A DNA stretch of 64,000 nt from Phoronis australis (lineage: Eukaryota > Animalia > Phoronida). The stretch spans positions 62,001 to 126,000 of the forward strand of contig NMRA01000762.1 in assembly GCA_002633005.1 (NCBI GenBank), given 5' to 3'. The notes under the pieces were generated by a model. That model was not told the DNA's origin. It worked only from the letters and a program-made list of their open reading frames with translations, and did not search any database. Positions 38,640 to 51,235 of this stretch are shown in pieces (within the stretch, counting starts at the first letter, position 1; each line of letters opens with the position of its first letter). Position numbers and translations under genes: made by a program.

Positions 38640-39325
38640 CCTACTCTTAGTCCAGCCCTTCCCCCCTCCACACCATACCCGTCCCATACTTTTCCTTGCC
38701 TTATTTGTCTTCCCTTCCTCCCCGTCCTACCTTCCCAGCTTCTCACAACGCTACCTATCTCCTCTTTCCTCCCCCCTACTTCCGCTCAACCCTTCCTATC
38801 CACTCTCCACGTTTTATTTTCCCCCACTTATCCTACCGCCGCTGATTCTCCCGTCCTTCCTATCCATTCTTTCTCCCGTCTTCTCCTTCCCAGCCTACCT
38901 CGCCCTCATCTACTCATACGTTATGCGTCTTCTTCAACTTTCGCTCCAGACCTCCTAACCCCTCCTTCCTCCCGTGATCTACTTCTCACCTTACCTGCAC
39001 CAGCTGTTCCCAAATGCTTCCTATTTGTTCCCTCTCCCATCCTCTTCTTTCTGGCTTACCTTGCTCTCTTCTCCCAAGGCATTCTTCCGTCTTCTTCCCT
39101 TTCCCATTCTCAGCCCTCGCTTCTCCCAGCCCTTCTCCCTTTTCCCCTTCCTATCCTGTTTAACCCGTTTCTCCCAATATACTTAATGTCTCATTCCTCT
39201 CGCCTCCTTTCTTTTAGTTCCCATTGCCTCTAGATATCCTCGTTCGCACTGGCTCTACTTCTAATTCCCAGCTTACCTCTTCTAGTGCTCCATACCGTTC
39301 TCTTTCCTTTCCCATCCTATTTCCG
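38640..39325 (+). repeat. ~700-bp strand-asymmetric polypyrimidine (CT-rich) low-complexity tract
   Basis: Strongly C/T-biased on the + strand; the source of the spurious Pro/Ser/Leu/Phe-rich 198-aa ORF. Confidence 0.85.
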
Positions 39326-40117
39326 GTCTTGAGTACTTCTTTCGAAGAATCTGTTGGCTTTTGTCTTTCGGATAAAATCAGTCTTAACTTGTTTCATGAA
39401 ACAGGCTAAGGCTGAAAAACAAATGACCTGTCTACCACTCAAGGTCAATAGACAGAAGATGAAATGTTTTAAGAAGCACAAAAGACAAAACAAATCAACT
39501 TTTGGCTATTCGTAGTCAGATTTCTGACTTTTGGTTAAAATCAAAAGTTTCCTTGAGAAACAGGCCCCAGGACTCTCAATTATTTCCTTTAGCGTTGTTC
39601 TCTCAGCACATGTACGTACATCTTGTGCCACACCAGTGGTACGATAACAGCAGTTACAAGTAACGTGAAATATCAGTTTGTGGAGTAGAATTTCCTGTAG
39701 ATAAGCGCCATTACCAAAATAAGGAGAGCAAACAGACAAACGTCGTATTTTTGGCAGAAAGCTCTGTCATCGTGTCCTTGAGCCTAGTACCTAAATTTTC
39801 TAATTCGCCCGGGCTTGTTTTCCGGTATGGAAACCACACTCGTGATGTACGTCGAAACGTCATAGTGGCGTAAAATAACCGTAGAAACGGAAATATTTCA
39901 TAAAGCGGTCAAAGAATTCTCTCATGATTAGTCTTCTCACATTCAAAATGCTCATACCCATACGCACAAACGTCGTCTTCAGTGCACAAAACTTAACGTG
40001 AATGCACGAGACATAACATGACACTTTACGTAAGTCCAGTTCCTTTGGGTACTATGGCGAGAGCGCCCGCTTATATGGCGAAATATCTGTAAAATTTGCC
40101 TAACTATTTGGTGGGAC

Positions 40118-40371
40118 AACTATTATCAAAATCTCTTGGTCTGTTTACACCGACCTCTTGTCTCTTTACACTGTAACGACGTTTCGATCGGTCTATTCTC
40201 CGGCCATCACCAGGTGTTCCTGCGTTCTTAGAAGAACGAGCACGGATATGTGGTACACTCATCATGGTGTGATTTTTTGCCTAAGCCGGAGAATAGACCT
40301 ACCGAAACGTCGTTACAGTGTAAATAGACAAGAGGTCGGTGTAAACAGACCAAGAGATTTTAATAATAGTT
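40118..40371. mobile_element. 87-bp inverted repeat pair containing Penelope-type hammerhead-like sequence (inverted pLTR remnant)
   Basis: Arms 40118-40204 and 40285-40371 are near-identical reverse complements. The minus strand of 40168-40217 reads ACAC-CTGGTGA-TGGCCGG-agaataga-CCGATC-GAAAC-gtc-GTT-acaGTGT. Confidence 0.65.
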
Positions 40372-41366
40372 CTAACACACCACCAGCTCAGAACGGTTTT
40401 AGACAGTTACTTAGTGGGAGCACACAATTTTTGTTGTTTGTTTGGGTACGTCCATTAACCTGAAAATGTGTGTGTGACCAGGATCAGACTTAAGCTAGCC
40501 TCGGCACACAACACGACCGGGCACAGCCCTACAGTCACAGGGTCCTACAAAAATGTTTCGTTTAGAAAACTCGTGATTACGTTTACGTATAGTAGAGGGT
40601 TGTGCCGACAGGAAGCAGACCCAAGAGCAAAATTCTCTGCATGTGTAGTAGAATACGTACTTACGAACGCAGTGGAAGTTGTTGTTTTTCTGAGAAACAC
40701 TTGCGGGCGAACTGCTTTGTGCTCGCATTTGACGTGCTTGATGTAAACTTGAGTGGGCGAGCAGCTGTTTACGATAATTCTATGACGTATTTCGTAAGAT
40801 TCGTCGAATCATAGATTAAAACTTGAATTCTTAATCTATGCTTAATGCGCTTAAATGCATCTATGCGATTGTGAAGGTGACATACATTTGCTGAAATCTT
40901 AGAATTGGAGAGTAATTCCTAGAATTGCATGCATGTAACTAACTAGTGTCGAGCTTATCTCGGTGATAATCACGTCGGCGTATTGAAATCAAGCAAAATA
41001 ACTGGAATTCTTTCGGTCAATGCTATATCAATGACTTGTAAAAAAGGGTTCGATTGATCCTCAAACATCTGAATTGCCAGCAATCAAAATCTATTTTTAC
41101 AATTTCCAAATACTTAAGGATAACTTATAAACCAGCTGTTCAACGATAATTGAGAAACCTAAGTCACGTTCTCTCTCCGCCATAAACCTCTAGTGTGCAT
41201 TTCTGCAAATCTGCCTAAGCGCTAAATAAAACTAAACGTTTTAATCTGCCAAAGCCATGGGAAATCAAAAGCCTTAAAAATGCTGATCTGGTACGTGCCA
41301 CCTCAAATAACTCGCACTTTTGCCATGTATAAGCGCGATTAATAATCGAACAAGGATAGTGCAATA

Positions 41367-43055
41367 ATTGCATTAAAAATCCACGAAGATTGACGTCTAC
41401 ATAAGTTACAAATAAATTTAATAAACAGGAAACATTACTGGCAATACAGACGAAAAAAAAACAACGAATTTTTGGGGTTACTGAAGAATGGGATAGTCCT
41501 CCAAGTTATTAGCTTTGACAGCGTTTTTGCGATTTTATTACAAATCACCGGTTCTCGCTGGTGTCTGTCGGAAATTCGCTGAAATCCAAGCCGGTGACTT
41601 TATCAGATAAATGCCTTGAAAATAATAAAATAGTCTGGCATTTACCGACTGGGATTTAGCTTTCACAACACAGCGACCTCGATGGATCCGAAAGCGCTGG
41701 CGCTGATCTCCTCAGATGATGTCCCTTTTATTTAGTCTGACACAAACGTTTGGCGACGTCTAAAAATAGGTCAGCTCAAATAATCAGACCATTTCTTAGC
41801 CATTGGCGGGTATAAGTGAATGGAAGTTTAATCGTTGGCGAAAGAATCCCTCGCCCAGTAATGCCTACAACTACCGAACTATTGTGCAGACGTGGTAACT
41901 ACAGTTTAGTCAGTGAACAGCCAAGACACAAATTTACTGTGCGCAATAAGGTTTGTTAATGGAGCGGCCAGCTGGTCCCCCAACTAATTTTTATTCATTT
42001 GTAACACGACCATTCAGTCAAAACAATAGGCTCAACGTACAGTTTCTAGCACTACTACATAAGCGCAGTTAAAAACATGTCCTCATGTTTTGGTGATCTT
42101 TTGCAAGTCTTGTAGAGGGCGAAAGTTCTCCGGTAGGGTGAACAACCAATTCACGCGCATTTCCCAAGTAAAGCCCCAATCCCATATAGGAGTCATATCA
42201 ATTGACATGGNATTGCATTAAAAATTCACGAAGATTGACGTCTACATAAGTTACAAATAAATTCAATAAACAGGAAACATTACTGGCAATACAGACGAAA
42301 AAAAAACAACGAATTTTTGGGGTTACTGAAGGATGGGATAGTCCTCCAAGTTATTAGCTTTGACAGCGTTTTTGCGATTTTATTACAAATCACCGGTTCT
42401 CGCTGGTGTCTGTCGGAAATTCGCTGAAATCAAAGCCGGTGACTTTATCAGATAAATGCCTTGAAAATAATAAAATAGTCTGGCATTTACCGACTGGGAT
42501 TTAGCTTTCACAATACAGCGACCTCGATGGATGCGACAGCGCTGGCGCTGATCTCCTCAGATGATGTCCCTTTTATTTAGTCTGACACAAACGTTTGGCG
42601 ACGTCTAAAAATAGGTCAGCTCAAATAATCAGACCATTTCTTAGCCATTAGCGGGTATAAGTGAATGGAAGTTTAATCGTTGGCGAAAGAATCCCTCGCC
42701 CAGTAATGCCTACAACTACCGAACTATTGTGCAGACGTGGTAACTACAGTTCAGTCAGTGAACAGCCAAGACACAAATTTACTGTGCGCAATAAGGTTTG
42801 TTAATGGAGCGGCCAGCTGGTCCCCCAACTAATTTTTATTCATTTGTAACACGACCATTCAGTCAAAACAATAGGCTCAACGTACAGTTTCTAGCACTAC
42901 TACATAAGCGCAGTTAAAAACATGTCCTCATGTTTTGGTGATCTTTTGCAAGTCTTGTAGAGGGCGAAAGTTCTCCGGTAGGGTGAACAACCAATTCACG
43001 CGCATTTCCCAAGTAAAGCCCCAATCCCATATAGGAGTCATATCAATTGACATGG
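41367..43055. other. 844-bp tandem duplication split by a single N (probable haplotype/contig-overlap assembly artefact)
   Basis: 41367-42210 is essentially identical to 42212-43055 apart from a few SNPs; the junction is the N at 42211. Confidence 0.85.
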
Positions 43056-43825
43056 ATCACATCCGGCACGATACGGCGTATGAAACGTGTAGCCGCCTGG
43101 TGATGGTCCGTGGTGATCACTGTTGATTCTGGAATGTCCTTGATGCCCTTGGGCCAGGCGGTGCCGTCATATCATGGCCTGGGGCCTGAAGGATGTCGTA
43201 AGTCCAACCACACTTTTCGAGGGACAATGACCGCAAGTTATGACGGCGTTTTGGTCGTGTTCGTAGGCCCCCTAAATCCGCTTATGGACAGCCATAGGGT
43301 GCACTTAACATCACCTCCTTTACAATGCGAGTGATGTAAGACCGGAGGTCTGGGCTTCCCTGTCGGGATGCGCGCCTGCGAAAAACAAACACGCCAATGC
43401 TACTTTTGCCAGTAATGCTTATTGTCTTCATCACAAGAGGAGTGCCAGATAAAAGCAGTGACGATGACGTCAGTACGTGTAACGGTAATATAGACAGCCC
43501 GTCAGAAACCCGCGACGTCAATTGTTTGCCAACAGATGTAGAGACAAACTGTTGAAATAGTTACCAATTAAAGTTGAAGTGATGGGAATCTCATCTATGA
43601 GACGCTGACATATATTAAATCGAGTGTTTCCTATGAGAAAGAAAACATTAAAGCGTGTGCCAAATAAAGTTCGAACCGTAGTCTAATAACATGATTTTTT
43701 CTATACTGGAAGTTATGAATCAACGATCGCATCGTTCATAGTAATAAGCTACACTTATCTTTGATAATTTATATTTCAGATGAAATGATCATTGGGAACA
43801 GAGAGAATCGTTTAGTGATTAAGAG

Positions 43826-45253
43826 ATGGCTACAGTTCGCAGCAAACACGACCGTGAACGAATCGAGTCCATCTTTCAAGCCACTCGCAGTAGTAACAGT
43901 AATGTAGACAACGCAAAAACCAAGAAGACCCACTTCAGCAACCGGGACATCCTACCAAATCAAATGTCGATACCAAAGAGTCCAACCATCGAAAGCAAGT
44001 GGATTGTTGAAGATTTCTGCTACAACCCGTCCGTACAAAGCGCAATTGTACCAACGAGTCCTCTCCAACTGATAACACCAGACGGCACTTCTTCCGACAC
44101 TCATCCAAATTTTTTTCTGCCGAGCCGCGGTGATTGCGTGAAGTTGCCACTGACTCGGCAGTCGAGTCATCCCCAATCACACGTTTCTGGAGACAAGGCT
44201 AAGACGGTGGTTACAAGACAATCGAGCGTACATTTAGGAGGTTCAGTCGTCAAGGAGGGGTTGCGAAAGAAGGTGAACCCGTCGTCAGGATCGTGCCCAA
44301 ATTTACACGCACAGCTATCACCGAACTTTCGCCCGCGCAACCCGACTGATAGGATGACTAGAGAAGAGCGGTGCAGTCGGTCGGCAATGTCCGAGATAGT
44401 GTCAGTGCAGTCCCTAAACGTTCCCGACATCTTTACCACGTCTTTCACGTACAACATGAAGGCCGGGCCGACCAGTTCTAAAATAAGTCCAACCGCAAGC
44501 GCTCGAGTTGATAAAACACGACCCGGTACTCAGCGGCAGAGCAATGAAAGAGTCTCATTGACGTCCGAAGATGGCCGCTGGTCGAACACGTCTATGGTAT
44601 CGTTGACCAATGTAGAAATGGATTACGACTTGCAAATGAACGATATCACACCCACCATACAACGCTGTCCAACCACCGAAGGCTTATATCACCGCGATGC
44701 ATACATGTCTCAAATAGTAGACTTCCTCTATATAGGGAGTGTCCAAGCTGCGTACAATGCATATATACTGTGCAAACTGGACATTCAAAGCGTTGTGGAT
44801 CTTACCAACATGACCACTGCCGAAGAACACATATTCAAGACCAGGACAGTCCCATGCTTATGCCCTTTGCAGGGAAACCACGCGCGTTCCCGTCTCCGCC
44901 TGACAATAAATGACCGAAGCGAAGAAGATTTCTCGCTTTATTTCCCGGATATTAACAAGTTCATCGAGGGGAATCGCAAGAAACAGAAGACTATATTGAT
45001 ATACAGTTACCATGGTAGTTCGCGAGCACCGACAGCAGTTATCCAGTATCTTATGCAGTACCAAGGTATGTCACTCAACGCAGCTTATGGCCTGATGAAA
45101 AGTCGCCGGTCGAACCTCAGGATCAACCGCGGATTCCAGCGTTTACTGGAATCATTGGAGAAACAGTTGAATCCGAACAAGACTGCATCCCTGGCTTTTA
45201 GATCTGACAGTTTCAATGACAGTAAAGGCAGAGTGAACGCTTGGACCCAATGA
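43826..45253 (+). CDS. Dual-specificity phosphatase-like protein, predicted pseudophosphatase (475 aa; Ser/Thr/Pro-rich N-terminus + C-terminal DSP domain)
   Basis: DSP motifs MSQIVDFLYIGS, I.D..EED...YF..INKFIE and YLMQY.GMSL..AY..MKSRR....IN.GF...L..LE. The signature loop reads IYSYHGSSRAP rather than VHCxxGxSRS. Splice acceptor (tttcag) at ~43779 upstream of the ATG. Confidence 0.9.
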   Translation: MATVRSKHDRERIESIFQATRSSNSNVDNAKTKKTHFSNRDILPNQMSIPKSPTIESKWIVEDFCYNPSVQSAIVPTSPLQLITPDGTSSDTHPNFFLPSRGDCVKLPLTRQSSHPQSHVSGDKAKTVVTRQSSVHLGGSVVKEGLRKKVNPSSGSCPNLHAQLSPNFRPRNPTDRMTREERCSRSAMSEIVSVQSLNVPDIFTTSFTYNMKAGPTSSKISPTASARVDKTRPGTQRQSNERVSLTSEDGRWSNTSMVSLTNVEMDYDLQMNDITPTIQRCPTTEGLYHRDAYMSQIVDFLYIGSVQAAYNAYILCKLDIQSVVDLTNMTTAEEHIFKTRTVPCLCPLQGNHARSRLRLTINDRSEEDFSLYFPDINKFIEGNRKKQKTILIYSYHGSSRAPTAVIQYLMQYQGMSLNAAYGLMKSRRSNLRINRGFQRLLESLEKQLNPNKTASLAFRSDSFNDSKGRVNAWTQ

Positions 45254-46299
45254 ATAGCATTTAAATTGCACTAAACTTCGCGCTTTCTGACAACTTAAGC
45301 AACCAGGTTTTGATTTAGGCCACGTGCTGCTATAAAATCGGTCTCATCTTGTGCATTACTAAGATTAAAAATGGTTTCTAGGCTTGAGAACTGACAAGCC
45401 GTTATTGCTTATGACCACGCCCATTAAATGGCTGTCAAGGTCGAGCAGTTGGTGTGACCAAGGCAGCATGGCCGTCGCCGGGGGTGTATTCCAAGCGATT
45501 TATCCGATTGAAAAAGTTAGATTGCGATGGCGTTTTCTTTGAAAAGGAAATACACGTGAGGTAAAGGGTGATGTTTTGAACACCAACAGCGCCAAACTGT
45601 CGTCAAAATCGTGATGTCTGGATCAATATATTCTTGCGTTTGAAATCCCAGAACTGTAAAACCCTAAGTTCACAAGGACGTGCCCATAGAGGTGACGATT
45701 CAGAAATGACTTTAACAAAGAGACGCCGGTAAAGTTTATAACTGTGACAAAAGTAAATAATACACAGGAATGGCGACTGACAAACACGATTGCTGAAGAA
45801 AGCCTTAAGCGGCTTCATAAAATCAAAAATATAGATAAAATTTGAGCTTGGAAAGTTTTTGTTTCAAAACTAAAAGAGCAACGAAGAGCGCTGATATGTG
45901 CCCGCAGCATGCATCTAAAAGGCAGATAAAGGGTGTTCATCTTTTCAAAAACTTCCACGGCAGCCGGATCCATTTTAAATTAAAATCAATCGTGCTCTCC
46001 TCATTAGGTCAATTTTCAAAAGATCCGTTGAAAAAAAATAGAAATTAAAAGTAAACTAAACAATTTTTTGTCGAGTTCACCAAAGGCTCGTTCTTTCACC
46101 TGAGCGATAAAAGCATTATTCATCACCCAAGACACTTTCCACTTATCTTAAATTAGATTTTACGTTTTGAAGTAGGCAGTCTTCCCCACTGCCAGTCGCC
46201 GTTTAACTCGCCTAAAGCGTTAGTCACGTTGCTCCAAACTCACGACGTACACGGGCCATTACTTCATATTGAACACGAAGTCGTAGTTGGAATTTTTTA

Positions 46300-47376
46300 T
46301 AATAGCAGATGCATTGCAATTTGCCATTAGGGTTGCCACAGTAGTCGCACCAGTCCAAAAATTAACACCAGCAATGCTTTACTCAATGGAGACCCATACT
46401 CTAAATTCCATGAAGAATCATCAAAGAATTTGAGTTCACAGATAATGACCTAGACGCAACGAAAACCCAAACAGCCACAAGGGGGCACCAGAGTAGTCTG
46501 ATATGTCTAAAACTTAACAACAGACGTTCTCACTCACCATAAAGATCCATCAAGGAACTCAATATGAGCTAGGCACACTAAATAAAACTGCCACGGCGGA
46601 ACGCCACGGTGAGTCGGAACTGTCAGAAAATCAGGTGCACAGAGAAACGCTCTTAAAAATACCATCACACACGCCAAAAGGGCCACCAAAGAACTTGATA
46701 GGCAACAAAGCAAATGCAAATAAAACCAGGGTACGCCACAATAGGTCTGCCCGAAATTTAATGCCGTCCATCCTTCAAGCGCTTTGGTGGATAGAGAGAC
46801 TGAGACCAAAAACAGTGAAAATTGCCACTAGCTGACAAACATTATGTTGAATCCATTCGAAAATACGTCTCTTTAACATAGAGCGGCCTAATTTTACGAA
46901 AACACAGCATGGAACTTGGCAAATACAGAGACATACGTAAATAAAATCTAAATTGACACTAGCAAGGACGCGCCACAGTATTTCGACCATCGAAAACAAC
47001 TTTGCTCATCTCATTGGAACATATCTGTTAATTATCCAAATGATCCTTCGAGCGGTTTAGAAGACTAGGAAGCCAAAATAAGTAAGTGGCCACTATGACC
47101 AGTCTCAGAAACGGAAACGTGTTGTCTTCTCTATAATAGCAATCTATTCACCAAATTTCTTGGAAATCTGTCAAGGCTGACTCCATAGATATAGAGGCTA
47201 ACGTAAAAAAATAAAATTGCCACAATTATTAAGGGGGTCCCTGGAAATTCGGTTTTGCCATCCCATTCGTAATAAGAACATTTTTGCAAAATTTTACAAA
47301 GAACAATCAAGGGGTTTTGAAGATGATAGCAGCAGATGGCAGATGGAAAAGGACGACGTCTTAATGAGGCCACATA

Positions 47377-47380
<4 letters not shown>
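46300..47380 (+). mobile_element. Degenerate Helentron-like/core-repeat element followed by (GT)n
   Basis: Units with GCCAC.AGGGGGC / AAATTTC similar to 51240-52360; ends next to a microsatellite. Confidence 0.4.
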
Positions 47381-47436
<56 letters not shown>

Positions 47437-47461
47437 TGTGAGTGTGCGTGTGCGTGTGCGT
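47380..47461. repeat. (GT)n microsatellite
   Basis: Directly visible. Confidence 0.95.
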
Positions 47462-47939
47462 CATAGGCAAGACCATCATAAGACCAGCGTAATCACGAAC
47501 ATCACCCACAAAGACTTTTATGAATTTTTGAGTCTAGGGAACGCTGCCCTGGTTGCCATCACAGGAAACGATATCCCATGCTGTAACTGGTAGCTGAAAA
47601 TACAGTGCAGGCGAAGGTGCAAAGCCAGAAACACAACATGCACTTAGTCACCACATGACATCAAACACGGAAGTTAATCGGATAAGAGCAAATACATGAA
47701 AGGGATGAGAATCGGCACAATGTTATAAAAAACAATTAATGTGAACAAGCACCTGCATTCTTGAATAATTCAGACAGAAATCATTCAAATGTTGACGCAC
47801 ATGAGTCAAACTTCATAGAAATTCACATTTTATGGTAATTTTCAGAAAAAAAAACCCAGTTTATTCTGTCCAAAGCACTTTGATCAACATTTTGGCCACG
47901 CAAATCAAATGCGTCATAAACAATCAGCAGTTAACTTAA

Positions 47940-49729
47940 AGACATAGTTTCACACCAAAACAACTGCTTTTCAACTCAAAGAATAGCATTGCAGGAGCCC
48001 GTTACTTGGGCTAGTTACTGTCCGCACAGCGCGATTAAATAGATAAGCCCAGCAGTAATGACCTTCTCCGACAGACTAGGCGGTTACATAAGCGTCTGTG
48101 ATGTCGAGTCCGGAAGACAGCTGTGTTGTAGGAATGAACTCGGCTGGTAAACCGCATGCAGTCACACAACGCAGGAACCAACATGGATTACGAAAGCTTT
48201 AGCGACGAGTCTTCCAGCGACGAGGACATTTTAGAAAATCTTTTGCTTGAGTGTGACGATGAAGCGTCGGACACAGACGATATGCACAACGACCATCGTG
48301 AGCGTGTTCTTGACAACATAAACGGGCCCTACAAGTTCGAACCAGTGCCTGCAAGTGTCCGGTCGCTTTGGATGAAGAGACAGCGACGGTCCCGAAGACA
48401 ATGACCGCACAACTTCAGACGTTTTATCAGGTTAACAACAACAATGCCGCGAGTTTGAATGCGAATATGTTTTATTTTCGATTTATTTTCAATACTTGAA
48501 GTTAAATAAAAAGCAATTTCAAAATAACGTGACTGGTAGACGGATAAACTGCGATATGCAAGACTACTTGCCGTTTTGTCCTACGTTTCTTGATTTACGT
48601 AGGTGGAAAGCAAGGTGGGATAAGTTTTCTTGTAGGTTATGGATTGCAGTTTGTATTTTATAACAAAAGCTTATTTTTTGATTTTATATCCATTTTAAGT
48701 AATTACTGAACAGAGAGGGGGGTCGAAACCATTAAAAGTCACCCGCACTCGAATTAATTTAATCCCCATAATGTTTATTTAATTGCAAAAATACGTCAGG
48801 TAAGTAGCATTCATGCAACTACACACAATTATGTTGCAAAAATCGTAATTCAAAAGAAAAGCGGCTTCCGACAGTGTCCTTCGATGTTACACGCCATTAG
48901 TAATGTTGTTCACTTCTGCAAAGCGACAGCATGTACAGTTTTGAATATTATCTAAAATTTCACTTACCTTAATGGTTTCCAACCATACTACGATTGCAGG
49001 CTGTCGTCCTCGAAAGAGTCTGCAGAAAAATGTTGACTGCATATCACCGAATACGGCGACGCTCCACTAAATTTTCTCGTGGACCTCACGAAGTCTTCCC
49101 ATCTGCGACGCAGTCTGGGGTTAGTGGGAAACCTATGTAGTGACACCCCAGACCCTGACACATTGTTACAGCCTCCAAACACACAACGGTCCGGCATTGT
49201 TCTTCAAATTTTTAATCGAGTTGAAGAATAAAAATGTGTTTAATGTCGAAATAACAACAGACACTAAGTGATACGTCGTGCGTAGATAGACAGTGCGAAA
49301 AACGTGCGGCTGTACTCGAACACTTTATTGAGGACTCATTGCTAATTACTGTGAAATGTTTATGGCAACACACAAGACCATGTGCCAATGTGTCACATTT
49401 CAGAGAATTAATTGGCAAAAGTTGCATAAGAAACCCATTCTAACAAACAGAAAGCTTCCATTTGTGCAAGATAGTCCCAGTACAAACCTATGGACAGACT
49501 CGGCAGTGATCGGGTCCGCTTCCGGACGTGACGTGTTTCCGAAGATAGCCGAAGTTGAAAATTTTCTGTTCTCGAAATATTGTGGGGAAGTGGGAGCGTG
49601 TTTTAAACGAATAATAGAAGAACATGGCGTGTGAAATAAAAATAAATGTGGTTTATAAGCAATCTTTATTAACAGTCAGCACATGTGTATACATATTAAC
49701 TACAACTAAATAGCTGTGAATCAACCTCT
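47940..49729. mobile_element. Internally deleted Kolobok DNA transposon (THAP transposase 5' end + KolX-like 5' end, convergent)
   Basis: TTAA at 47936-47939 and 49730-49733. Termini AGACATAGTTTCACA vs (rc) AGAGGTTGATTCACA match at 11/15. Minus ORF 49197-48988 is a THAP domain (CVFGGC..SLHRFP...RRRW..FVR...ICSQHF...F). Plus ORF 48183-48404 is acidic and contains GPYKFEP. Confidence 0.75.
48968..49197 (-). pseudogene. THAP zinc-finger exon of Kolobok transposase (truncated, in-frame TAG)
   Basis: C2CH THAP signature, a stop at 48988-48990, then a gtaagt donor near 48967. No downstream DDE exons within the element. Confidence 0.75.
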
Positions 49730-49899
49730 TTAAGAAACTTAAAGTTTAAAAAATTCTTCAAAACATCAAGTACCACTTTCTTTCAAACACAATACCATAC
49801 TTTTTCCAACTTTTCCTCCTAAACACCCATGTTTGGTTACCACTTCCCAAATTTGTACAGTTGGTAATTCCTAAATGCCCTTCTAAGAGATTCAAGTCA

Positions 49900-50265
49900 T
49901 AGTGGAGCTTGCAGGCTAATTCCTTATCTCTGTGATTGCTTGGTCACATTAGTTAGAAAAACAACACATAGCAACTTTGTGAATATGCAGTAGGTTGAAA
50001 ATTGCCAAATGTTTTCTAAAGCAAGTTTTATGGTGAAAATGATACACCGCAAATCACTAAACCCTGTCCAGTAAGTATGTGAGGTGGTGTTGGGGAATAA
50101 CACAGTGCGATGTAGACTGTGTGACCCCCTGAAGTATGTCATTAGTGAAAGGTCTCCTAATTGCAGATTTTTTTGTAATCGGTGAAAACAACTGCACTTT
50201 ATTTAGCATAGATTATGTTAAAACAGCATTGTCCTTTAGTTCCTCCTGTAAAATCGCATAGTTGG
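49900..50265 (+). repeat. Dispersed repeat family, copy 2 of 3
   Basis: Similar to 4960-5335; the spurious ORFs 4979-5167 and 49924-50142 resemble each other. Confidence 0.75.
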
Positions 50266-51235
50266 GAGCATCTTTAAAAACTGCTATCAAAAACCAGGCA
50301 GCTATTGACTAATATGTGACTAAGAAACAATATATCATCCATATTCTGAACATTTCATTTGATTTTTACACCTCAAGCAGCGACAAAAATGCAACTATAT
50401 GGATGTTATCTGAATCTGGCATTTGGCTAAATGGCTTCACGGACCAGTAGGACAATTAATATTGATCAAAATAACCTTCTCAAAATTATAACATATGGAT
50501 TGACACTTACAGTACAAGACAAAAGTAATCAGACAAAAGATCGTTTCCATCATGACGACTAATTCCGTAAAAGCAAAAATGACTAAAAATGACTAATATG
50601 ATAGGAAAATTCTATCTAGCCACTTTACCAACTCTCCTGTCAACTCTCCTTTATTCTTGACAATGAATTCGGTTTGCATTCGTCATGATGGAGAATTAAG
50701 TCTCATTTATTCTGATTACCTTTTTCCTTTACAATAGGTCATGCAAAGTAAATCTTAGCTACAAATGGACAACCAATCATAAACAAAACATGTAATCAAG
50801 CAGAAATGCCACTAGAAATCAACATTTTGCAAATATGAAGTCTCCTGGATTAATTAGAAGACAAGTCGTAAGTTCATTGACCCCATATTACATACACCAA
50901 CCATTCGGTCACAAGCAATTATGTGCATTAAGATTCAATCACTTTGTCTTGCGCAATTTTTTTTAGTGTTTTACACAAACAAATTGTACAAAATTCACAA
51001 ATTTGTACACCATAATATCTAATATCCCCTTTTACATAACCCCATCTTTTTCTGCTGATTGATGTTAAATGACTGTCACCATAGTTGTCATGGTGAAGCT
51101 GTATAATGAATTGGCCTCCACAAAGCAAGGTCACTGCTCTTAATCAAACAATAGTGTAAAATATAGGTGTAACCGATGCTGGGCTTCAGATCACAAAACA
51201 ATTTAAACAAGAACTAAGTAATGGCATTATTTTTT

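Noticed and set aside
38637-39233. 198-aa Pro/Ser/Leu-rich ORF
   Set aside because: A by-product of a CT-rich tract that lacks stop codons; no real ATG start or domain.
41367-43055. Recent 844-bp segmental duplication upstream of the DUSP-like gene
   Set aside because: The copies meet exactly at a single N and differ by a few SNPs, the signature of unmerged overlapping haplotype contigs.
48988-49197. Host THAP transcription factor gene
   Set aside because: In-frame stop, no downstream exons found, and enclosed by TTAA-flanked termini; a transposon remnant.
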